This document shows, piece after piece, positions 1-11,799 of a stretch of DNA of 64,000 nucleotides. The stretch is from Raillietiella orientalis (lineage: Eukaryota). Position 1 is the stretch's first letter, and the number at the start of each line of letters is the position of its first letter. The notes under the pieces are model-generated. The model made no database searches, was not told where the DNA came from, and was given only the letters and a program-made list of their open reading frames with translations. The stretch is taken from NCBI GenBank assembly GCA_036172245.1, contig JAYWIR010000012.1:2976001-3040000 (forward strand), in the 5' to 3' direction. Position numbers and translations under genes: made by a program.

Positions 1-1429
1 TTGCTAGAAATCAATATTCTCCGACACTGATGCCGAAGAAAATCCTCTCAAAATAAATGGCAAGGAAGATAGGGAGGAAATTCCAAGACAGCAAAACCAT
101 ACGCTGCTATCTCGTGAGCTACTACTATTGCTTGTTTTTTTTTTTTTGGTTTTCGGGTGTTTGCAGTCCCTGAAATCTCTCGAATCACGTAGCAACTACA
201 GTCGTTTGCATCGCAGAGCCTGGAAAGTTCACAGACGTTCGTTCGTGCACTTGTAATAACTGTGCCGATAAATTCTCTCATCACCATAGAGCTAGTTTAA
301 ACTCCATCCACTTAATGAGGTTATAAAACACTGCCTTTCAAAATAACCGGTGACGAAATGTCATGGCCACCAGATCGTTCAAATCGACGGGGTGCATCAG
401 CTAAGGAAAATCATAATTGCACTTTCGAACTTCATTTTTATGGATTTTATTGCCAGACTCATGGAATCTTGGCCCCAGGGGCTCCTAAATGGCTCCAGTT
501 TCTTACTAGATGAAGCTGTATGTGAATCTTAATGCTTTTTATAGTTTTATTGATTCCAAGTTTATGATTCTAGAAGTCAAACAAACCAGAGCTTGGCAGA
601 AACCCACTCACTGGTGCGAAGACAACGGGTACTTCCAGGAAGCTATCGGATCGCAACTGCTTGCCGCTCATTCTACAGCTCTTCCAGCTGGATTCCTGTT
701 TCAAAATCGGGATGGAAAGCGATTGGTTCTATGGAGAAAGAGGTGCAACACTTGAAACTTTCCGAGTACCGGAACTTTTTCGATGTCTCAGTAGATGAAT
801 ATCAAGGAACGCGGCTTCTTCCCTGAACTGATCTGTTCCCGGGTAAACTCACCCCATCGGCTACTTTTCAGCTATTGGCGACCAAGGCTGAAAGCTTCAT
901 CTTGCAGTCGAAGTCACCATGGAATCATGGAAGATTATGACTTGATCGTGAAGCCATGGTGAACTTCATAAAGGGATAATGCATAGGAAACCTTTATGCT
1001 GTTCAGATATTTTAACTCTGGTAGGAGGGTGCATCCTGAGTGAAGAGCATTTTCATGTGCTGCCATCTGATAAAGAAGACGGAATTCGGTAGTCCAAGAG
1101 GGACTCATCCCTTCTCTACCACCAACACCTTGATCTAACCTCGTTTAGGTAGAGAAGCATTCCATTTCCAGGCAAAACTATTCCTCCATTTTAACAAGGC
1201 AGAATACAGGAGGACCTGCTCGCAGCAGCATAATAGAACGCACCTTCCGTGCTTGTCAGACGGCCTTCTTTCTCGAAAGACCAGGAAAAAAGACATGCGA
1301 ATAAGCAAAGACCCTCCGATGAGGGCGAGGAACGATGCGAGGTCACCCTGAGGAGGCTCAGGTGACGGAGGAAACGAGCAGCAAGGCGATTCATCCCACC
1401 ATATGGAGCAGCTCAAGGAGAACAGGCGA

Positions 1430-2030
1430 CTGGTGACCTCAAACCAACCGATCCAGGGAGTCAACAGCACACACTTCCTGACCTGTTGCTCTCGAACGCT
1501 GCAGTCTCCGCGCGTGGCACCAAGGTAGCTTCTCAGTCTTTTGGCTAAGATCAAACTGTAGATCCAAATCTCTACGTGGTGGATCGATGCCGAGGAACGG
1601 GTGCGTCGAGAATTTCGAGTCACCCCCTCAGGATGATGTTGGTCGATCTGAAGACATTGGATGCCTCCCTCGTAAAAGCCGAAAAACAAATGACCCATTG
1701 ACAGCACTGGATTGCAAACTGACTCTCCGGACCCTTTCCAGGAATAAAGGAATCACATCCCTTAGAGCTGCACCTTCGCATCTGGAAACGCAGTCGTCGA
1801 GTACCATGGAAAAGCAGGACGATTGATACCTCTCCAGAGTGTCGAGAAGTGCACTGTTAACTTCGGGAGGAGACCCTTCAAAGAAATTTGGAAGCGTCCA
1901 TTCGGGATTCTCTCTAGGGAAGGAAACAAGAAACGGTTTCCCTTACGCGTTCCCCACGGAGAAGAGAAGAAATTCCAGGAGCGGATCCTTCTCGGGTTTC
2001 CTTTGGAGAAGTCATGACAAAGGTCACCTC
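1430..2030. mobile_element. Two abutting fragments of the L1/Tx1-like non-LTR family (RT piece on plus, ORF2 C-terminal piece on minus)
   Basis: About 1560-1680 (+) resembles the RT-region segments near 18750 and 26000 and reads ...MMLVDLKTLD (degenerate D-x-x-K-A-F-D). ORF 1823..2017(+) aligns by eye with ORF 10789..11199(-) (FGRRPFKEIWKRPFGILSREGNKKR vs FGEAPSREMGRHPFRVLFRGGNKER), so it is an inverted copy of the 10.9-11.2 kb segment. Confidence 0.55.
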
Positions 2031-2149
2031 CTGAATGTCCCTCCACGGAAATAAGGAAGAGCTGTGGACGTGCTCTTTCGGTGCTCCGTCCAGGGCCTAA
2101 AGTCAGGGCCTTTTTTTTCCCTTGGTGTTTGCGCAATGGTGCATCCACG

Positions 2150-5100
2150 GTGCCCACATGGCAGCCATGTCTGAGGATATCACGATAGATGGTGGGAGAG
2201 CGAAGGCCACTTGCTCACCCGAAACAAGTGGGGCGCAAGAAGTGGCGGCGTGCACCCCCCAAGGAATCATGCTCTCCAGGAGAGAGGAAGTGGAGTGATG
2301 CGACCGCAGCACCATCAGCAGCAGCCATTCTCGAAACCAATGCTTACCTGGTCCAGGACGACAAGCTCTCCCTGACCTACGAGGTGAGTGGCCTGCTTGT
2401 GGGAAGAAGTGCGTGCTCCTTTCCGAAAGAGTTGCGCGATTCAATTGTCCAGAAAGAATTTGAAGGCCTTTCCATACGAAGCGGGGCAACGTTGAGCTGA
2501 CCTGCAAGGGTGCGCGGCTAGCACGACGCTTGCTAAGCACCTCAACTCCGGTGGAAGGCTGCAAGATCTTCCCCGTGACGGAGGGCCCCTGCGTAGCGGT
2601 CCACCTCGCGATCGTCACTCTCCCCATTCCCAAGAACGCGGTGCACGCGGTGATCGGAAAACATGGCACCGTGCACGCGCTATGGGCCAAGCCCGGCCCC
2701 TACGAGGGTTTTGTGAAACTTTTCAGTGGGCTGGTCGCAGCGCGCGTCACGGAGCGCGTGAACGGCGAGCTTTGCCACAGGCTGGAGATCAACAGAGAGC
2801 GCGTCGATCTTCGATAGGTGAGGGGAAGTCCAAGTACAGTGGCCGCTGTAATGTCACGAGACATCGAAAGAAGAGGTGCCCGAACATCCGGTGAGGCTTC
2901 AGCATCCATCCAGCTTTCAGGAAACGACAAGTGTGCTCGAAAAGTGTATCCCCGGTCCCCAAGGCCTCAGAAATCGGGGAAGGAAAGATCGCGGACGAAT
3001 CGTGAATAAGAAAGCAAAAGAAGGACGGACGACGTCAGCAGCCCAAGTTGGAAGGCGAGTAGCAGAAATCGGAAACGCAAATCTTCGAAGCAGCTGACAC
3101 AGAAGAGGAATGGCGGCCGGTGGAGTCCCCAAAACAATAGCGGAAAAAACGGACCACTTCGCTATCCGCGAAAAAGAAGTCCGCGATAGGAGAAAATCCG
3201 GAAAAGCAAGGTGGTGGTCCTCGAGCGCGTCCCGGCACTCGGAGGCGTCACCGTGGGAGAAACCGCTGCTGCCGACGGCAATCGCGAACGCCGCGAGTGA
3301 ACTGCGCGACGCGTCGGCTGACAGCCAGGACGCCGCCCTGCCTTCGTGCAAGCGGCGTAGGTGGTGGCAGCCATGCCGAGCCAGCGAAAAAGGCCTGGAG
3401 GGGCGGCTCGCGGTCCCGCAGGGAGCGCAGATCTGAGACTCCGACGCCGAGGCCGGAAGCACATTCCCCGTCGAGGCACTCCCTTGGAAATCGGGACGCA
3501 AGTCCAAGACGCGCCGCGGCGGTACATCCCCCCTCGCGAAGGGCAAAAGCTGGCACGCGAAGGGGAAGCCGGCAGCATGGAAACGCGGGACACCCGGGGT
3601 GAAAACGTCCCGCGCTCCGACGCCGTGCGGGGAACCAGCGAGAAGGAGTGCTCTCTGGTGCCTCAGGTACTCGATCTCTCCGCTCGCGTCCCGCCCGAGA
3701 AGGAGGCGGGAGCCCAACGTCCCAGCCACAAGAAGTGGGCTCTCCTCCTGCCGCAGAAGGCGCGCGTCCTGCTGGAACGGCAACGGCTGCGCCACGACGG
3801 CGGAAGACGGGTCGAGTTTTGCCGCCACGCGCTGCACCCGCAGGACACCCACGTGATCTCCGTAGAAGAAGCCCAGGAAATCCTCAGCAGCGCGGAGGAA
3901 AGGCTACTTCTCACCCGGGTGCGCCGGCGCGTTTATCACTAAACTGTCCAGGAACAAAAGTCCCGGAAAAAGGGTACAGCAAAACGAAGCCAGGGAACCC
4001 CGACACGCAAGTCGGGGTTCAAACGCGAACGGAAGAAAGGCTACTGTGGCGTTGCGGCTTCCGCAAATCCTGTGGGATGGCCTACTTTCTGGAGCCGTGC
4101 ACTTCGAAGGGGAAGGTCGGATGGGGCAGCTGCTTGTCAGCTGCACCGACTCGATCGACCACGTCCTAACCAACGTGTGCGCTCCCAGAGGCGAAAACGG
4201 GTATGCGAAGAGAACCGCGTTCTTCGACGACCACTAGCGCGAATGGTTGGCCGATGTGCGGGAAGCCCACCTCGTGGGCGGAGATTTCCACCTCCTCCAC
4301 CTGCTTGCGGATGCGCCGCAGAGTGCACAAGAGCATGCAGCCAACGAGCTGGGCGCACGCGCAACTTGTTGGAGGGACAACCGGGGATGGAGAGCAGCGT
4401 CGACCACGTCTTCCTCGACCAACAGCTGCGTCCACGGCGAGGTTGGCGTGCCAGGCAGAGTGAGATCGACCCTCCCCGACGATTCCCGCATCGAATTTCC
4501 GATTTGCCCACGCGACAAGCGACCTCCGTCCAAAGCGTCGCATCTCCAGGACGGCTGGCTGTACCTCCCGGCAGCAGCCTAACATCTCCGCAAATAAACC
4601 CTCAGAGCCTTCATCCTGCAGAATCTTTCGGACTGAAACGCTCGGTCCGGTTCGGGTTCTGCGAGCGGTTTCCTCTGGACCATCCGCACGCAGAATTGGG
4701 AGAAAGGGTCCGTAAGGAAAGAGCGCGAACCTGCACCCCCAACGTGCATCGTCTGGCGGAGTGCAGAGCCGGGTCCGAGCGCCAAGCCGGGCAGTGTCCG
4801 TGTCGGCCAGATTGCCGGACGACCAGGGCCAGAAGCACTCGGCACCCCCGCAGCTAGGAACTTTAAAAGTTAGGTTCTATTCCTCCCGATAATCGTGGGC
4901 ACCTCCGGAGCGAGATTTCTCTCGGCTTTTGATGCTGGGTGATGCCCCCGCGATCGGGGAGGAGGAGAGGGAAAGCCTCGACGCGCCTTTCACGATCGGT
5001 GAAGTAATGACCGCCGTGCGGAAGCTCACGTGGCGGAAGACGCCATGGGAGGGGACGGCCAGCTGCCGAGTTTTGCGAGTGTTTCGCGGCAGAGCTGACT

Positions 5101-7490
5101 CCGCTGACGCAGAAGTCGACCTCGCTGATTCGGGATGCAGGTGACGTTCCCTCCTCGTCTCGATGAGCAAGGGTGCGTCTCCTCCCTTAGGGAGGAGACC
5201 TGAGATTAATCAGATCGCCGTGTTGAGCGCGGGCGCCACGCTGCTGGCGGAAACTGTGAACTGAGCCACTGGGACGGGTGCCTCAATGCGTTTTAGTTAG
5301 CCCGGAGCAGCCGTACGCTGTTCCCGGACGAAGCATGGATGCCAGCCTGTTCTTCGCCAGCGTATGGTTTCGGGAACAAAGAGGAGACGAAAGAAAAAAA
5401 GGAATTGTCGGCAACCCGAATCTCGGAGCGTATGCCGGGCAGGGAAGGGAATGCCAAGCGGGAATAGGAGCCCTGGAGGTCGCAGTCGACCTGCGAAAAG
5501 CACTCGACAGCTCGCACTCTGGAGCTTCTGGATCGCATGGGCTTCCCGGCAGTAGGAACCGCCTACCTGCGCTTCCGCCTGCGCGACGCGCTGCTAAGCA
5601 TTTCCTCCAACAGTCGAATGCTTTTCGTAGGAGTGTCAGTTCTTCGAGTATGAGGCAGGCACACAGCCTGAGTTGCCTGCTCTTTCAGTTGATGCTGAGG
5701 GCATACAGGGCGACTCTGGACACTTCTTAACGCCTGCGGTGTCTGCGTATGCCGACCCTCTTCCTCTATGGCTCCCCATGGTTACCGCGGATTCAGCATT
5801 CGAAGGCTTTTTCGAGTTACTGAGCCTCGGGACGGCCTTGAGGATGAAGAGGGCCAGATCATCAGCGGCGGCAGCGTATTGCGACGTAGTCTGGGCGACC
5901 GAACTGAATTTGCTTAGGGATCCCCACAAGCAGGTACTTGAAGTACCTTGGCGTTCCACTGATGGACGTTTTCCTTGCAGAAGTCTTACCTGGCCGTCTC
6001 CAGAGAGCAGAGATGGCGTTTGGTCCGTTTCTGGAGTGCAAGGTTTGCTTGCCGCAACGCGACGCGTTCCGGAACGCGTTCGCCGCTCCTCTCCTCCGTC
6101 TCCCGCTTTTTGTTTGTTCCCGTCCCCCGAGAACTAGCTGTAGAACATACGAAGAACGTCCTGAGATTCTCCCTGTGGGATAACGGGATGTCTGAACTGC
6201 AGCTGAAGGACTTGTGTGCTCCACGCCGCGACGGCGGCCTCGGCCTTTCGACTCTGGAGCGGATGGAAATTCAGCTGCGATGGCCATCTCCGCGAAGTAT
6301 TGGAGCACTTCTTGGGGCGTTCTTGCGCACACCTTGCCATCTCCGTGCATCCCGTACGGATGGACTTGTTGTCCTCCTGTTTGTTCTGCTCCGTACGAAA
6401 GGTGCGAAGATGCGGTCTCCTTCTCGCACGCTTGGCCACCTTGGCGAAGGAGAACTTCTGGATGGTCTGTTGCCCCGCCAACTACAGCGCCTGGGTAGAT
6501 GAAACTGCTGGCACGTGGGCGAAGAGTAACGAGCCGAGCTCCGAAGGAGGGAACCGCCTGCGACTCGGCATCCACGCCCGCCGCTCACTGCGCAAGCTCC
6601 CCCCAGAATCCTAGCATGAGCGCGCGGGCAGAGCACACCCCCTCGAGACAACGATGTGCCCTTCCTGAGGAGGGCACTTGGCAGCAGCCGAACGCCGAGG
6701 TGGGAGGTCTCCTGCGAGATTGCAGGGAGGCGGATGTTGATGAGCGCGGACGGACCTTCGGACAGCCGACGGATGCTGAGACCCCATGTGTCCTCCTGCT
6801 AGGACTGCAACGCAGGCGCGAGCTGTTCGGTATCCTTATTGAATGCCTGGGCTGTACCTCAACGCTCAAGGATAGCAGCTTCTCCTTCTAAAGTCGGTGA
6901 AGTCGGCACTGGGGTTTGCCCGTCAACGCACGCGAACACCGCTGGACTTAGAAGAGGGTGAGCCCGGATTATCGCGGGGCGGGCAATCGCGGGAATCTCT
7001 CCCGCTCCTGCTAGTGATCTGTGTTGGCCTTCGGCCCCTATGGGAACGTTTGGTAACGACCCTCGGGATCACTGTTGGCACCGTCGGCGGCATGGGAGAG
7101 CTCCTCTTTTTGCGGGATTCCCACTATCCAGCGTCAGTCCTGGCATAGCTTTGCTGCGTCCTTTGCTGATCGTGGCGCCTTGAAGCGAAGCCGACAGTGG
7201 AAGAAACGACGCCATCCAACTTTGCGTGTTGCTTTCTGGGGATAGAGACCAGACCTGGAAGTTATTCGAACGGACCTGTCTGGCATCCTAGCAAGGATGC
7301 CAGACAGCCTCTTTGCAGCGAACAATTGTCCCTTCCCGACTCTCCCAAAGATTTTTTTTCATTTTTTGATGTACTCTTTGTTTTAATTTTTTATTTTTGT
7401 TTTCTTTGCTTTTTCTCCGCTGTAGAGGGAGTCCACGACGGTCTGCGTGTCGGCGAGCCGGCTGAGCCGTTGACAAACTGAGTGTGGTGA
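2150..7490 (+). mobile_element. Degenerate near-full-length L1/Tx1-clade non-LTR retrotransposon (ORF1 + APE endonuclease/RT ORF2), many frameshifts and stops
   Basis: Motifs appear in canonical order across frames: ORF1 RRM-like segment (VTLPIPKNAVHAVIGKHGTV, about 2600) and decayed zinc knuckle (GRCNVTRHRKKRCP, about 2840); endonuclease SCWNGNG (about 3770), LHPQDTH, TNVCAP, LVGGDF; RT SLDAPFTIGEVMTAVRKL (about 4970), PEQPYAVPGRS, VDLRKALD, MRQAHSLSCLLF, AYAD (about 5745), KYLGVPL (about 5940), LCAPRRDGGLGL (about 6215); T-rich 3' UTR at about 7350-7420. Confidence 0.85.
3909..4029 (-). mobile_element. 121-bp 5'-truncated 3' end of the same non-LTR family, inserted antisense into the host copy's endonuclease region
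   Basis: The reverse complement matches the 3' terminus at 43440-43557. It is flanked by a 16-bp target-site duplication with one mismatch: cggaggaaaggctact (3893-3908) and cggaagaaaggctact (4030-4045). Confidence 0.85.
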
Positions 7491-7569
7491 GACCACGTGT
7501 CCCACCACAATTTATGATTTTATCGTAAATTTTAATGAAAGCTCCGGCATGTTTGAGTGATTATCAGGG

Positions 7570-7760
7570 ACAACTAGGGAAAAAATCCTCTTCGGGTTTC
7601 CTCTTGCAAGAGGAACAGACTCCTTTCTTTGGAGCCTTCCTGATTTCATATGTGGTCTCCTCGGGGTGATTACCTATAACTGAATCGTCACACGCATCCA
7701 CGGGTGGGGTGGACAGTGTTAAAGAGCTCTGCGAGTCACCCCAGGAGGCAAAGGGTTCTC
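7570..7760 (-). mobile_element. Short fragment of the non-LTR family
   Basis: Aligns by eye to the reverse complement of about 10730-10900 (ggaacagactcctttctttggagcctt vs ggaacggactcctttctccggaacctt; gtggacagtgttaaagagct vs gtggacagcgttgaagaact). Confidence 0.6.
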
Positions 7761-8101
7761 TCTCAATAAACCAAAATCGAAAAGGGAAACCTGAAAGAGA
7801 AAAAAAAAAAATGATTACCGGGATGATGGTGCAGTATTGCAGGCACTTAGTCTTCGACCTTTTTCCACCAGATTTGCGCCAAGTCTGACTTCACCGAGAC
7901 TCTCAATTTGAGGGATCGAGATTTTGGTTTTTTTCCATCTCAAGTTCCGCGTTTCTTGTGCCAGTTGAACATCAGGGAAACGCTGCCAGCACACAATCAA
8001 AAGGCTCTTCAGAGTTGGCGCACTTCCGAGGGAAAATTCGTCGCTTGACATCCTTCTTGTGCCTGAAATCATCCGATGTCTCTTTCCGAGTTGCTTCCCG
8101 T

Positions 8102-8578
8102 CTGGGACAAATACGGGAGCAGCAGGTCCCCGGGGATTACGAAGACGGGCTGCACGGAGGGTCGCTGACGACGTGCCGCGGGAGCTACAAGGGCACGTTC
8201 GCCACCCTCACCTCGTACCTGTACTACTGCCGCAGGATCTGGCAAGTCCTCAACGCGCAGACCGCGGGCAAGGTCTTGGGTGTTCTCGGCAAGTGCCGGG
8301 TGTGAGAAGGCTTCGAGTTCGCTTTCTGCATGTCGGGGATGGTCAGCATGGTGCTGGAACTGCACATGGAGGTAAAGGAGTAGTTTTGCAAACGTTCGTT
8401 CCCACTTGCCGTTCTCACCCCCACTCTCAATCCCGCGTCTCTCTTCTCGCACCCCTCACACTGCCTCCCTTGTTCCCTCTGGCCCCAGCAATGCCGTTCC
8501 AAGTCGATGGTGGAGAGCAGCACGCACAGCCCGCACGTCATCTTTCCTCCGCACAGCCACATCCAGAACGACAGCCAG
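8102..8578 (+). pseudogene. SZT2: Two-exon fragment of SZT2 (KICSTOR subunit) with an in-frame stop
   Basis: Exon A (to 8371) reads IREQQVPGDY...FATLTSYLYYCRRIWQV...VLGVLGKCRV*EGFEFAFCMSGMVSMVLELHME, then a GT..AG intron at 8372-8488, then in-frame exon B ...HVIFPPHSHIQNDS. This matches my recall of metazoan SZT2 (LSRYLYHQRWLWSV...VRLSEGFHFA...NMVLELP...YILFPPHS). TGA at 8303-8305. No other SZT2 exons were recognised in the window. Confidence 0.7.
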
Positions 8579-9399
8579 CAATTCTTGCGGTTCCATCCAC
8601 GTTGAAATTCTGTAGGATGAGTGCTCTTGCAATCGATCATGCAAATTCTTGCACGATCCCAATCTTTGGATTATCCTATCTGTCCAGACTTCCAGAGGAG
8701 GAAATTCGTGGTTTCCTTATCGCTTATTCAATGAATGCACATCTCGTGAATGCTGAATGCTTCTCTTCTTGAGCTGTTTGCTCGAATCAGAGATCTTTGA
8801 CACCTCCAGTGCCTCGTCAATCCCTGCTACGCAAGCTTGACGAGCGCTCAGGCTGATTGGTCTCCTGACTTCTCAAGAGGTGACATGGGGACACCCTAGT
8901 ATTCCCTCCTGTCTTGCGTCCAGTAGAGAGGTCTCAGATCTCTCAAAACGGTACAAGACGCTGGTCATGGCGAGCCGGCGGCTGAGCGTCCTGCTCCCTG
9001 GAACACCGGGTCAAGTCGGCGTTTTGAACAAAAGGAAGCTATCGGTTGGTTCAAGGTCATCACATCCGAGCGTTCCTTCGAGTAGGTCTTTTGATTTGAT
9101 TTACCTGGTCATTATGCCTGGAGCAGCATGAATAGGATGTGCCGAAGATGTGCGGGATGGAAGAATCGCATCTTTCGTCGTTGCATCGAAAGCCAACCCC
9201 AATCTCTGTTAGGCACATCAAGAGTCCAGCACAGGCCAAGACTCAACTCAGAAAAAACGAAATCTGCTTGTAGCCTACAACCAGCCTGTACACATGTGGA
9301 GTTGATTTCTTGCCTCGAGAGAACTTGCTTTTCGTCTTCGAATGGATGGGACGACCGAGGGGGGCAGGCAAAAGTCCGTCCCTCGCGAGGCGGCGCCGC

Positions 9400-10450
9400 A
9401 GCGGCTCCTCCAGGGTGTCTTCGGGTCAAAGCGGTGTGGCCGCGAGGCATTTCCACACTCCCCGAAAGGGAGTGTGGAAATGCAGTCCAGCAGCGGGTGC
9501 TCGTAAAAGTTTTCTATCCCGCCGCAGGTGATGCAGTGGCACCATCACCAGACGAGGAGAAGAGTTTTCCCTGGTGGTGGCGCCACTGGTCTCCAGGGGA
9601 TTTGCGGCTGCGCCAACGGCAGAGCCTCCTCGTGCTGCCACCTGTGGTGGTGGCAGCAGAGATGCCCTCTAGATAGAGGGGAAGGATTGCAGTATGCGAA
9701 TGAGAAAGCCCCAAATACCCCGCCTAGCGCAGCAGCTGCGCAGTGTTTAGCGCGTGTGCTGGGTGTCGCCACGTCAGCTACCCCCACCGGCCCTCCAAGT
9801 TCGCTACTCCCGCTGAGAAGTCACCCACCCAACCGGTTGGCAACCTCCGTTTCCATCCCGTGGGAAGGGCGGCTCTGTAGCTAGGGACAAGGATCCAGGC
9901 TCAGGGCGTTGTACTTTGGTGGGAAGGCAAGAAACGTCGTTCCCACTGCCTTGGTGCGAACCCGAGCGCCTCCGCGCGGTCTCGGTTGCTAGGTAGCAGC
10001 GGGAGCCGTTCCTCATTGTTCTCTGTGCTGAGTCGAGGCCCGTGACCCTCTTTTTTTCTTTGATGGAGCGTCCCCCGCGTGTTCTGGGGCTCCCCGATCT
10101 TCCCAAATCGCGGTGCACGGAGGTGGACGAGAAAGCACCCATCTATCTCGAAGCAGCGCTGCAGCAACTTTCCCGACTTTCCCGGGAATCCAAAGCTCCC
10201 GGAAAATCCGGGTGGGGAGTTGGGATAGACTTGAACACTATGGTCGAAAGTTGCTCTTATAGAGCCATCGTTCCTCCCCATCAGATCCCCAGGATCTCAC
10301 CGAAATATCTGCTGCTACCACCAGGATCTGCACCGACGGCGGGTTCGGAAGGGCTCGCGCCCGATCCTTCTGCGCACGGAAAGGTCCGGGCGTTTCCGCC
10401 GCTAGTAGGCAAGAACGGCACTGTTCCGGCGCTTGGGGAAGGGCTCTTTG
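9400..10450 (-). mobile_element. Degenerate non-LTR fragment (probable ORF1-end/endonuclease region)
   Basis: 9520-9990 is clearly homologous to 36850-37330 and partly to 34710-34900 (shared cagagcctcctcgtgctgccacctg and gtgtttagcgcgtg; both translate ...RWQHEEALP... on minus). Confidence 0.6.
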
Positions 10451-10459
10451 CTTGAACAT

Positions 10460-11780
10460 CATCTTCAGAGTCCTCTGCTTTGGCAGGCGAGTCGTCGCAC
10501 GGTCCTTAGAGGATAACGACTTCCATGGTCCTGTAGTCCATAACAATCAACGTCGCAAGGCCAGTAGCGACCTCATGGAGAAGTCGTTATTATTGGCCAA
10601 GGATGATGGAAATCTTCGATTCTTTGTTTCGCTGTTTTCCTTTCAGCGTTTTTCTGAGGAGGTGGATGAGGTGGGTGGAGGTTCTTTTTTTGGTCCCTAA
10701 GGAGTGCTGAAGAACCGTCCGCCTCCTTGCCAGGGGCCTACGAAGTTCTTCAACGCTGTCCACGCCACCCGAGGGTGCGTGCAACTCTTCAAGTTACTTG
10801 GGGCACTACAATTGGTGACCACCCTCTGAATTTAGAAAGGTTCCGGAGAAAGGAGTCCGTTCCTTCCTTACTCTTCGGAGGGAACCCAGAAGAAATCCCT
10901 TTCCTTATTTCCTTCAGAGGTTCCCCGGAAAGGGCCATTCTTCGTTTCTTCTCCGGAAGGAACCAGGAAAGAGATCTCTCCTTGTTTCCTCCTCTGAAGA
11001 GAACCCTGAAGGGATGCCTCCCCATTTCTCTGGAAGGCGCCTCCCCAAAGGGAGCAGCGAGCTTCTTAGCCCTCTGGCGAGATATCAATTGGCTCCATAG
11101 AACGTGGTGGAGGGTTCTTCCTGAGGGGACGACGACTGAGTCTTCACAGCCGGAGGGGAACCCCGAAGGGAAGCAACTCCTTGATTCCTGGAAGGACACC
11201 TCGGAGGGTCAACTTCCGATTCCAGCCACTCAGAGGAATATCTGGAGGGTTTCCAGCTTCCATCAGTGCCTCTGTCCTCTCTTAGGAAATACATGGGCAG
11301 CCGCCTTACGGTTAGATGGGAGGTCACTGTGGAAATCTCCAGAAGAAGGAAAGGACTGGGCGAGTGGACGATGGACCAGCTCACTGACGCTGCGACCCCG
11401 ATTGCTCGGCCGCATGGACTTGGGAAGCCATCCGTTTTGCTGTCCTCTTCATGAGGATAACGTCAAGATGGCCCCATACGGGAACCATAAAACAAGAACT
11501 TGCCGGCATCCTTACAAGAATGCAGAGGACACCCTCCAGTACACGGTGATCCCTTCCCGAACCCCCCCATTTTTTGACCGTATGTTTTTTGTTTTATTTT
11601 TTTTTCTTTTTGCTTGTCTCCCCTTCTCCTGTGCTGCCGAGGGGATCCCCGTTGGCCTGCATGCCGGTTCCCGGCAGGTTCCTTCTCGTAGTAATTAGTA
11701 ACGTGGCAGGATCAAACGTTCTGCCACAGACCTGTGTGTGCTTATTTTGTGTATTAACACCCCGGCACGACCAGGTGTAA
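10460..11780 (+). mobile_element. 3' part of a non-LTR copy with T-rich 3' UTR and terminal hairpin
   Basis: The ORF2 C-terminus-like IKQELAGILTRM (about 11490) parallels VRREIAGIHRRF* (43290-43333). It is followed by a T-tract at 11570-11615, hairpin ttggc-ctgcat-gccgg (11652-11667) and terminus acaccccggcacgaccaggtgt (about 11757-11778). Confidence 0.7.
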
Positions 11781-11799
11781 ACCAACACACCCGAAGCTA

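Noticed and set aside
1..1400. Short ORFs at the window start
   Set aside because: No recognisable motifs or splice-consistent model; probably decayed repeat sequence.
8303..8305. TGA as selenocysteine or programmed readthrough
   Set aside because: The position does not correspond to a Cys, no SECIS is evident and the gene is fragmentary; a CGA-to-TGA mutation is simpler.
10727..11698. 323-aa ORF as a host gene
   Set aside because: It lies in a repeat with copies near 1.8 and 7.6 kb and runs into the element's T-rich 3' UTR.
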